Positions 29,905 through 37,303 of a DNA stretch of 64,000 bases are shown here, piece by piece. Numbering within the stretch: the stretch's first letter is position 1; every line of letters begins with the position of its first letter. The DNA comes from an uncultured Clostridia bacterium (lineage in GTDB: Bacteria; Bacillota; Clostridia; Christensenellales; CAG-917): the NCBI GenBank assembly GCA_963542015.1, contig CAUTUX010000004.1:5497-69496 (forward strand), given 5' to 3'. The notes under the pieces are model-generated. The model worked only from the letters and a program-made list of their open reading frames with translations. It searched no databases and was not told where the DNA came from. A program made the translations under genes and the position numbers.

Positions 29905-31278
29905 TTAAGCAGTATGATATTTTTTTGACTTAATCAGCAATAAATTCAAAAAAGAGCTAAGTGGCAGATTCGCAAATAAAACAGCTGGGATTATTATACA
30001 TTCAAACCGATGATATTTATCAGCAATTTTAATTTCAGGAACAAAGAAAGCAATGATTACTGAAGCTCCAATTAAATTTAAAGAAATAATGAATCGTAAT
30101 AATAATGATAATTTAAAGTTAAATCTATCACGAACTCTTTTATGAGGATTAGCTAGATATATAACAATTGGCGATAGTGCAAGTATCAAAGAAATGATTG
30201 ATACTGGCATAAAATAAACATAGCTTATGTGCTTATATAGCGAAACCCAAAATACAGCTAATTCAATGGCAACAATTGCAAAAAATATAAAGCTAAGATC
30301 TCTTTTAATTCTATTTACAAATAGGAAGTTTAAGTCATAAAATTCTGATGAATTCTTTTTATTATATGCTCTTAATTTAAATCCATTTGCGTAGAGATCG
30401 GTCTTAATATCAGTATGAAATGTTTCAGACAGATCTTCTTCATCAGCATCAATTTCAAATTCCTTATTGTTTAATTCCTGATAAAAATCCTTGTAATTAG
30501 ACTGGGATTTTTCATATTCATATTGAGCAGTTTCATCACCAAAAGTTTTTAAATTATCTAAAGTTTTACGAGGCTTTACTTTATTAACTTTTGCTGATTC
30601 TGGTTCTTTTTCTGTTTCAGCCTTCAATTTTTTATATAATTCTAAAAGTGTCAACTTTGGAGTATTACTACTTGGTATATCAAGATCATCAATAGTTTTT
30701 GGTCCTTGTTTAGATTCAATATAAATAGGCTTCTCAATTTCAACTATTTTTTCTTGAATTACTGGTTTAATAACCTCTTTCTCAATGTATACTGGTTTTT
30801 CTACCTCAACAATTTTTTCTATTATTTTATCCTTATAAATAATTTTTGGCTTTTGCTCAGGATCCTTTTCTTTTTTTGTGTATGGTCTTAATTCAGTTGG
30901 ATCAAATGGAGGAGTCTCGTGATTTAAATTAAATTCGTCAGAAGAAACAAGATTATCAAGTATTGTCCTTGAAAATCTATATTTTTCTTTTTCTTTTTCT
31001 AAATATTTTCTACCTTCTTCGGTTAGTTTGTAGTAGCGTCTTTGAGCACCACTTGTATCTTTTGCATCACCAAGCACTGATGAAACTAGACCCTCTTCCT
31101 CAAGTCTATTTAGTTTATTATATACAGTTGCTGATTTTAGTTTGTAAACACCAAGCGTATTTGTTTCAATTTGTTTTAAAATGTCATATCCGTAGCCACC
31201 GTTTTTTGCAAGAGTATTTAATATTATTGTGGTAACATTACCCCTAATAATATCACTATTTACCGACGACATATCCAT
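29905..31278 (-). CDS. PadR-type winged-helix regulator fused to a multi-pass membrane domain
   Basis: The N-terminus GNVTTIILNTLAKNGGYGYDILKQIE...RRYYKLTEEG is PadR-like. A repetitive E/K/P/I linker (EKPVYIEKEVIKPVIQEKIVEIEKPIYIE) follows, then about 4-5 C-terminal hydrophobic helices. Confidence 0.7.
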   Translation of the reverse strand: MDMSSVNSDIIRGNVTTIILNTLAKNGGYGYDILKQIETNTLGVYKLKSATVYNKLNRLEEEGLVSSVLGDAKDTSGAQRRYYKLTEEGRKYLEKEKEKYRFSRTILDNLVSSDEFNLNHETPPFDPTELRPYTKKEKDPEQKPKIIYKDKIIEKIVEVEKPVYIEKEVIKPVIQEKIVEIEKPIYIESKQGPKTIDDLDIPSSNTPKLTLLELYKKLKAETEKEPESAKVNKVKPRKTLDNLKTFGDETAQYEYEKSQSNYKDFYQELNNKEFEIDADEEDLSETFHTDIKTDLYANGFKLRAYNKKNSSEFYDLNFLFVNRIKRDLSFIFFAIVAIELAVFWVSLYKHISYVYFMPVSIISLILALSPIVIYLANPHKRVRDRFNFKLSLLLRFIISLNLIGASVIIAFFVPEIKIADKYHRFECIIIPAVLFANLPLSSFLNLLLIKSKKYHTA

Positions 31279-31367
31279 GTAGAAAGTATATATTTTAAAT
31301 TACTTTAAAGTCAATTTTATAATCTAATAGAAAGAATTCTCTATTATAAAAAACGCCATTATTTATA

Positions 31368-32432
31368 CTAATCTTCTGGTTTATTTGTAAAATCAATTAA
31401 TTCTGCGGCATCTCTACGCTTTTCTTCATCTGTAGCGACATAATGTTTAACTGTAGTATTTACATCTTTGTGTCCAAGTATGTCCGCTACAAGATAAATA
31501 TCACCAGTTTTTGAATATAAATTTGTTCCAAAAGTAGAGCGTAGTTTATGAGGAGTAATATTTTTTAAAGGAGTAACAATTTTTGCAAATTTTTTCACTA
31601 AGTTTTGAATTGCCCTTGGGCACATGCGTTTTTTTTGTAGTGAGAAAAACAGTGGATCTGTGTTACCATTTACTAATTCAATATCTTTTTGGATTGACAT
31701 CCTTTCGTTGTTAATATAGGTTTCAAGCAAGTTTTTAACGACATCATTAAAATATAATATTTGCTCATCTCCGCCTTTTCGCTTAACTTTAAATTGTTTT
31801 TGTTCAAGATTGACATCATCAATATTTAATCCTACACATTCACTGATACGTATGCCTGTGGATAGTAGAAGAGTAATTAACGCTAAATCTCTTTCTTTTG
31901 TTTTCACGGCAGAAGCATATTCTCTATTAGTTAAGCCTTTCCCGAATGTAACAGTTTCTATTAAATCGCTAGCTTCATCTTCTTTTAATCTAATAATTTC
32001 TTTTTTGTGTAGTTTAGGATTTTTTACTTTGACCCCAACATTTTTAGAAATTTTCTCCTTATTATAAAAATATGCCAATATGTGTCGAATACTAGATAGT
32101 TTTCTCGATTTACTAGCTTCTTTGTTTGTATGGTTAATTCCATCTTTATCATAAAAACTAAGATAGGATAAAAAACTCTCAATATGTGAAATTGTAATCC
32201 TTTCTAGGTCCGAAATTGAGAACTCTTCAACTCTGGTCGCTTTAAAAATAAGAATGTTTTCATGTAAATAAGTAAAAAAAGTTTTTAAATCATGAGCATA
32301 ATTTAGTCTTGTTAATGTTGAAGTGCTTTGTTCAATACCAACAAAATATTCGGTACAAAAATAGGGGAGCTCATTGAGAAGTGTTTGAATTTTTTTTATG
32401 TTATTGATGTCTCGTTCTTTGTAATAATCCAT
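31368..32432 (-). CDS. site-specific tyrosine recombinase (XerC/D/S-like integrase)
   Basis: The C-terminal catalytic region contains TGIRISE, HKLRSTFGT and LGHKDVNTTVKHY. The size (354 aa) and N-terminal layout resemble XerS-type enzymes. Confidence 0.85.
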   Translation of the reverse strand: MDYYKERDINNIKKIQTLLNELPYFCTEYFVGIEQSTSTLTRLNYAHDLKTFFTYLHENILIFKATRVEEFSISDLERITISHIESFLSYLSFYDKDGINHTNKEASKSRKLSSIRHILAYFYNKEKISKNVGVKVKNPKLHKKEIIRLKEDEASDLIETVTFGKGLTNREYASAVKTKERDLALITLLLSTGIRISECVGLNIDDVNLEQKQFKVKRKGGDEQILYFNDVVKNLLETYINNERMSIQKDIELVNGNTDPLFFSLQKKRMCPRAIQNLVKKFAKIVTPLKNITPHKLRSTFGTNLYSKTGDIYLVADILGHKDVNTTVKHYVATDEEKRRDAAELIDFTNKPED

Positions 32433-32493
32433 ATTTCAATATTAACACATATAAAAGCTGTTTGTAGATATGTAGGTATATTATAATTGCAAT

Positions 32494-33072
32494 ATGGAAA
32501 TAAGAAAAATTACAAAAAATGAACTTGATGTTACTGCAAAAAAATTCACAGAATTCTTTTATGAATATAAAGCGTATGACTATTTTATAAGCAGCGAAAA
32601 CAAATTTAATAAAATGTACAATATGTTTTTGTATGAATTGTATCCAACATACAAATTTACATATGTCTTTGGAGATTTTAAAGGATTATGTGTAATGCAA
32701 AAACCTGGGGATAAAGATGTTAAAAACTGTTACAGAAAAGATTTCATTAAACAGTTGCTCAATATAATTCCAAAAGATGAAATTGAAAGAGTTAAGAAAT
32801 ATATTAAATTCGCAAAAGAAATTGCTAAAAAATATTTTAATGAATCTGAAGATTGTTATGTAAGGAACCTTGGCGTGGATAAAGAATGTAGAGGAGAAGG
32901 AATAGCAAAAAAAATGGTTGAGATATTGTCAAAAGGTAGAAATGTTTATCTAGAAACTCATGACAAAAACAACATTTTAATATATAAAAAAATGGGATTT
33001 GAACTTGTCCATGAAGAGCCATTTGCTGAAAATGTAATCCATTATTGTCTTAAAAAGTATTCTAAAAACTGA
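32494..33072 (+). CDS. GNAT family N-acetyltransferase
   Basis: Contains the acetyl-CoA binding motif RGEGIAKKMVE and a C-terminal YKKMGFE. Confidence 0.7.
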   Translation: MEIRKITKNELDVTAKKFTEFFYEYKAYDYFISSENKFNKMYNMFLYELYPTYKFTYVFGDFKGLCVMQKPGDKDVKNCYRKDFIKQLLNIIPKDEIERVKKYIKFAKEIAKKYFNESEDCYVRNLGVDKECRGEGIAKKMVEILSKGRNVYLETHDKNNILIYKKMGFELVHEEPFAENVIHYCLKKYSKN

Positions 33073-33130
33073 GTATTCTATATTTAGCCAATATTTAGAG
33101 TTCTAAAATAAACATACATCAAAAATAAGA

Positions 33131-33667
33131 TTATTTGCGTAATTTTCTTGGAATTTTAACAAAATTACTAATAAAATACTCTCTTTTTATTAAATTTGAC
33201 TTAATTAAAGCATCCTTAAGAACCAAAATAAACGGTATACCAGCAAATAAAATCACAATACTTTGACTGGTAAATATTTCGAGAAATGCTATCCAATATA
33301 CTGTTTCTTGATCTAAGAATAAGAATATAACTGGAACTAATAGGGCATTAATTATTATAGGTGGCATTGCTGCAAGATAAATATTTTTTCTCAAGTGACG
33401 TGTTAAAATTGCTGCAATTGAACTGGCAAATGTGCCTATGACAATATCTACTGCACCATATGGAGATAGTAGATTTGAAAACATACAACCAAACATAATG
33501 CCAGGGACGCCTTCTGGTAGGAGAACTGGAAGTAATGTTAATACTTCTGATAAGCGGAATTGTAGTGGTCCATATGCTAAGTTAACTAATGATAAAATAA
33601 ATGTAATAACGAAATAAATTGCGGCTATAATGCCAGAACGAGCGATCGCTCTTATGCTTTTTTCCAA
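33131..33667 (-). CDS. queT: queuosine-precursor transporter QueT (ECF S-component-like)
   Basis: Polytopic 178-aa protein. The start is reassigned to TTG 33667, 6 nt after GAGGTG. The 26 upstream codons of the ORF translate the riboswitch. The preQ1-I riboswitch context supports the call. Confidence 0.7.
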   Translation of the reverse strand: MEKSIRAIARSGIIAAIYFVITFILSLVNLAYGPLQFRLSEVLTLLPVLLPEGVPGIMFGCMFSNLLSPYGAVDIVIGTFASSIAAILTRHLRKNIYLAAMPPIIINALLVPVIFLFLDQETVYWIAFLEIFTSQSIVILFAGIPFILVLKDALIKSNLIKREYFISNFVKIPRKLRK

Positions 33668-33673
33668 AATACA

Positions 33674-33710
33674 CCTCGGTTTTTTAATTAGTTGGGTTTC
33701 CGACACCAAC
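33674..33710 (-). promoter_or_regulatory. preQ1-I riboswitch (translational, overlaps the SD)
   Basis: The minus strand reads GUUGG-UGUCGGAAAC-CCAAC-UAAUUAAAAAA-CCGAGG. It has a 5-bp P1, an ACCC-containing loop and an A-rich tail. Tail CCGA can pair with loop UCGG (P2 pseudoknot) and overlaps the GAGG SD. The layout parallels the B. subtilis queC and T. tengcongensis preQ1-I aptamers. Confidence 0.8.
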
Positions 33711-33716
33711 GAAAGT

Positions 33717-33745
33717 ATACTAACATGATAACCAAGGTACGGCAA
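33717..33745 (-). promoter_or_regulatory. candidate promoter TTGCCG-17-TAGTAT for the riboswitch-queT transcript
   Basis: Minus-strand hexamers lie at 33745-33740 and 33722-33717 with a 17-nt spacer. This places the TSS about at the first G of the aptamer. Confidence 0.45.
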
Positions 33746-33795
33746 TTATTTTTTATATATTCAGATATCATATATAATTTTTTCAGAGGTAAATA

Positions 33796-34260
33796 ATGAA
33801 TTTAGATATTAATAGAGATTTAGATGTCGCATTTAGTACTGGAGCATTTCTTGTATCTGGCGATAATGTTATGACTGTTAGTTGGGGATTTGTTGGCGTA
33901 ATGTGGGGTAAGAAAATTTTTATTACTCCCGTTAGAGAGTCTAGATATACTAAGACATTTATTGATAAAAATAATCACTTTACAATCAGCATTCCAGAGA
34001 AAAATACTCTGCAAAAAGCAATTTCAATTTGTGGAACAAAGAGTGGGCGTGATTGCAATAAATGGGAAGTCGCAAATATTGAAAAGCAACAAGCAAAACA
34101 ACTTGATGAAAGTGTGGTAAAAGGATGTTCAAAGTATTTCGAATGTAGAGTTTTATATAAAATGCAAATGAAAGATATACCTTTAGAAGGTTGTGAAAAA
34201 TTCTACCCTACGAAAGATATGCATACACTGTACTTTGGCGAAATAATAGAGGAATATTAA
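33796..34260 (+). CDS. flavin reductase-like (FMN-binding split-barrel) domain protein
   Basis: Contains GAFLVSGDNVMTVSWGFVG...FTISIP, a pattern typical of the flavin reductase-like domain. Confidence 0.6.
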   Translation: MNLDINRDLDVAFSTGAFLVSGDNVMTVSWGFVGVMWGKKIFITPVRESRYTKTFIDKNNHFTISIPEKNTLQKAISICGTKSGRDCNKWEVANIEKQQAKQLDESVVKGCSKYFECRVLYKMQMKDIPLEGCEKFYPTKDMHTLYFGEIIEEY

Positions 34261-34265
34261 AATTT

Positions 34266-34520
34266 ATGAAAGCTTGGGCAAAAGTAATGCAAAAAGATAA
34301 AATATTTAAAGATATTGTCTATGATGGTGTTGCAAAAATAAATTATGAGAATATATTTAAAATGCTCAAATTTGCATGCGAAAAGCTTGATTTGTCTTGC
34401 CCTGTGCTTTTAGATTCTCAAATAAAACATATGAAGCAATTTAGACGATTTGCATTTTTGCCTGATGATTTTATGGAACCTGTAGACTTTACAAAGTTTG
34501 AAATAGAAATATACAAATGA
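34266..34520 (+). CDS. hypothetical small protein (84 aa)
   Basis: The ORF is tightly packed (ATGA overlap with mazG) and I recognise no family. Confidence 0.4.
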   Translation: MKAWAKVMQKDKIFKDIVYDGVAKINYENIFKMLKFACEKLDLSCPVLLDSQIKHMKQFRRFAFLPDDFMEPVDFTKFEIEIYK

Positions 34521-35563
34521 GAAAAGAAATAATTAAATTTTTAGAAAAAGAAAACCATACAGATATTAGAATTCTTAAGTATAGCGATAATATTGAGCTT
34601 GAATTTTCAATGGATAATATATTGTTTGAATGCACTTCAGAATATATTAACGAACTTATCGCCAGACAAATTAACTTTAGGCGAATTTCTGATGACATTG
34701 TATTTATAGCGAAGACACAATTAACTTCTCGATACAGTTACACATTTAATGATTTAGAAGAAATTATGAAAGTTCTCAGAGGGGAGAATGGTTGTGCGTG
34801 GGATAAAGTACAGACACATCTTAGCATTAAGAAAAATTTAATTGAAGAGACATACGAATTAGTTGAAGCTATAGATTTACAAAATAAAGAGATGATGCAA
34901 GAAGAAATTGGAGATGTGCTTTTACAAGCAGTTTTCCATGCAACAATTGCTAGAGATGAAAATGGATTTACTATTAAAGATGTGCTAAATGAACTGTGTA
35001 ACAAACTGATTTCACGACATACACATATTTTTGGTTCAGATAAAGCTACATCTTCGCAAGAAGCACTTAATTTGTGGAACAAAGCTAAGCTAGTTGAAAA
35101 AGAACAAAGAAGTGATACAGATAGAATGTTGCAGCTGTGCAATACTTTACCAAGTCTTATGTATGCAAATAAATCGCAAAAGATAGCTGCAGATTCAAAT
35201 TTTGATTTTATAACTAACAAAGAAATTATAGAAAAAATTCAAGAAGAAATAACTGAATTTTTAGAAGCAAGTAGAGAAGAAAAAAATATAGAAGGTGGAG
35301 ACATACTGTTTTCTGTAGTTAATTTACTAAGGAAGAACAAGGTTGAACCTGAAACTGCACTAAGACTTGCAACAGAAAAATTTATAAAAAGATATATAAT
35401 TTTTGAAAAATTTGCCTTAAAAAAATATAGTAAAAAAATATCAGAATTAGATATGGATAAATTAAATAATTTGTGGAATGAGATTAAATCGAAATATTCT
35501 TTAATCCTGAATAAAATGTCATTTAAAGAAGTTGCAAATTTGGAAATTAATGAAAATAGGTAA
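34517..35563 (+). CDS. mazG: MazG-family nucleoside triphosphate pyrophosphohydrolase (two MazG domains, extra ~75-aa N-terminus)
   Basis: Contains WDKVQTH...EETYELVEAID...EEIGDVLLQAVFHA and a second EExxE/GD repeat (EEITEFLEA...GGDILFSVV). Confidence 0.8.
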   Translation: MRKEIIKFLEKENHTDIRILKYSDNIELEFSMDNILFECTSEYINELIARQINFRRISDDIVFIAKTQLTSRYSYTFNDLEEIMKVLRGENGCAWDKVQTHLSIKKNLIEETYELVEAIDLQNKEMMQEEIGDVLLQAVFHATIARDENGFTIKDVLNELCNKLISRHTHIFGSDKATSSQEALNLWNKAKLVEKEQRSDTDRMLQLCNTLPSLMYANKSQKIAADSNFDFITNKEIIEKIQEEITEFLEASREEKNIEGGDILFSVVNLLRKNKVEPETALRLATEKFIKRYIIFEKFALKKYSKKISELDMDKLNNLWNEIKSKYSLILNKMSFKEVANLEINENR

Positions 35564-36509
35564 TATAGAATTAAAATCCAATATTTTTGCAGCACCAATG
35601 GCTGGATATTCTGAAGCAGGATATAGATATCTTGCAGGCGAATCTGGTGCTGGTCTTACATACACTGAAATGATTTCGGCTAAGGGAATTGTATATGGCA
35701 GTGAAAAGACATTTCAATTGCTTTATAAGTCTAAAAAAGATAACAATAAAACCGCAGTTCAGATTTTTGGTTCAGAACCAGAATTCATATATAAAGCTTG
35801 TAAAAGTGGTGTATTTGAGAAATTTGAAATAATAGATATCAATATGGGATGTCCTGTTAGAAAAATTGTGAACAATGGGGATGGATCAAAGTTACTTGAA
35901 AATCCAAAACTTGCTGGAGAAATTGTTCGTGCTGCAATTGAAGGGAGTAGAAAGCCTGTTACGGCAAAAATACGCAGTGGCATTGATTCAAGCGATGTAC
36001 TTGCATACGATGTCGCTCTTGAACTTGAAAAAGCTGGATGTAGTGCCGTTACGATCCACCCAAGAACTAGAGTACAAATGTATCAAGGCACAGCGAATCA
36101 TGAAATAACCAAAAATCTTAAAAAACTTTTAAAGATTCCTGTTATTGCAAATGGAGATATTAAGGATAAGGATTCATTTGAAAATATAAAGAATAAAACA
36201 GATGCTGACGCATATATGGTGGGAAGAGCTTCGTTAGGCAACCCAGGAATATTTTCTGAATTATTAAATAAAAATGAAACCATTAGCAAATATGATGCAG
36301 TACTTGAACATATTGCAGTGTTGAATGAATATATGCCACAACACATTATTCTAAATCTAATGAAATCAAATCTCTGTTTTTATTTAAAAGGATTAAACAA
36401 TGTTAAAGAAATTAAGATGAAGGTAGTTAGTTTGAATAATTATCAGGATATGATGTTGTTAATAAATAATGAATTAAAAAATTACTTTATAAAACTGTCT
36501 TATCTTTAA
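35550..36509 (+). CDS. dusB: tRNA-dihydrouridine synthase
   Basis: Contains APMAGYSE, IDINMGCP and TIHPRT. The start is taken at ATG 35550. Confidence 0.9.
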   Translation: MKIGNIELKSNIFAAPMAGYSEAGYRYLAGESGAGLTYTEMISAKGIVYGSEKTFQLLYKSKKDNNKTAVQIFGSEPEFIYKACKSGVFEKFEIIDINMGCPVRKIVNNGDGSKLLENPKLAGEIVRAAIEGSRKPVTAKIRSGIDSSDVLAYDVALELEKAGCSAVTIHPRTRVQMYQGTANHEITKNLKKLLKIPVIANGDIKDKDSFENIKNKTDADAYMVGRASLGNPGIFSELLNKNETISKYDAVLEHIAVLNEYMPQHIILNLMKSNLCFYLKGLNNVKEIKMKVVSLNNYQDMMLLINNELKNYFIKLSYL

Positions 36510-36554
36510 AAATACATAAAAATATGATATTGTAACTTAAAGCCAAGGAGGAAT

Positions 36555-37127
36555 ATGCATAATTATCAAAAGCCAGGCGTTGTATACGGTAAAAGATTTT
36601 TTGATGTATTATTTAGCTTTTTAGGAATTCTTTTAGCTTTGCCAATTATCTTAATTTTAATAATCCTAGGTTTAATATTTATGGGTGGTCATCCATTTAG
36701 TAAAACAGTAAAAATCGGTAAAAGTGCCAAAACTTTTAAAATGTTCTTATTCAGAACAAAAAAACCTAAAAAACAAAGAGATGACACCATAATTAGTGAA
36801 GAAGAAAGATTAAGTGGGTATGGTAAATTTTTAAAAAAGACCAAATTATATAGAATTCCATTACTCTTTCATATATTAACGGGAGAGATGAGTTTTATAG
36901 GACCTGAAGCATTAAATGCTAACCAAGAAAGTTTGGTTGTTGGGAGACATCAAGCAAGATGGTTTGTTCGTCCTGGAATGAAATCAATAAAAGATACTAT
37001 CAAAAATGAAAATCTTGAGTGGATTGATAAATTGAATCTTGAACTCTTATATGTTGATAAGATTTCAATGTCATTAGATTTGAAGATTTTATTTAACACT
37101 GTAGATATAAATATTAAGGGTGTTTGA
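36555..37127 (+). CDS. bacterial sugar transferase (polyprenyl-phosphate glycosyl-1-phosphate transferase family)
   Basis: Contains KRFFDVLFSFLGILLALPI, FRTKK and IPLLFHILTGEMSFIGPE. The motifs are somewhat divergent (GPEA rather than GPRP). Confidence 0.7.
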   Translation: MHNYQKPGVVYGKRFFDVLFSFLGILLALPIILILIILGLIFMGGHPFSKTVKIGKSAKTFKMFLFRTKKPKKQRDDTIISEEERLSGYGKFLKKTKLYRIPLLFHILTGEMSFIGPEALNANQESLVVGRHQARWFVRPGMKSIKDTIKNENLEWIDKLNLELLYVDKISMSLDLKILFNTVDINIKGV

Positions 37128-37240
37128 AATAAAATTTCAGTAAATTATTATCACAAAATATTATTGCTTAAATTAATAAAATTAAGAGTAATTCTTTTAT
37201 TTTTTCTACTTTGAAAAACCCAGCGAAAATGCATATTGGT

Positions 37241-37269
37241 TTGCTATAAAAAAACGCATTTGTTATACT
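37241..37269 (+). promoter_or_regulatory. candidate promoter TTGCTA-17-TATACT for ppdK
   Basis: The hexamers lie at 37241-37246 and 37264-37269. AGGAGG follows before ATG 37304. Confidence 0.5.
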
Positions 37270-37303
37270 CATTGACAGTAAATAAATTTTAGGAGGAATT
37301 TCA

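Noticed and set aside
31280-31307. A dif-like sequence tagaaagtatatattttaaattactt next to the recombinase/PadR genes, loosely resembling the Bacillus dif ...TAGAATATATATTATGTAAACT.
   Set aside because: The match is confined to AT-rich words that are expected by chance at this base composition. The XerD-arm TTATGTAAACT is not conserved.
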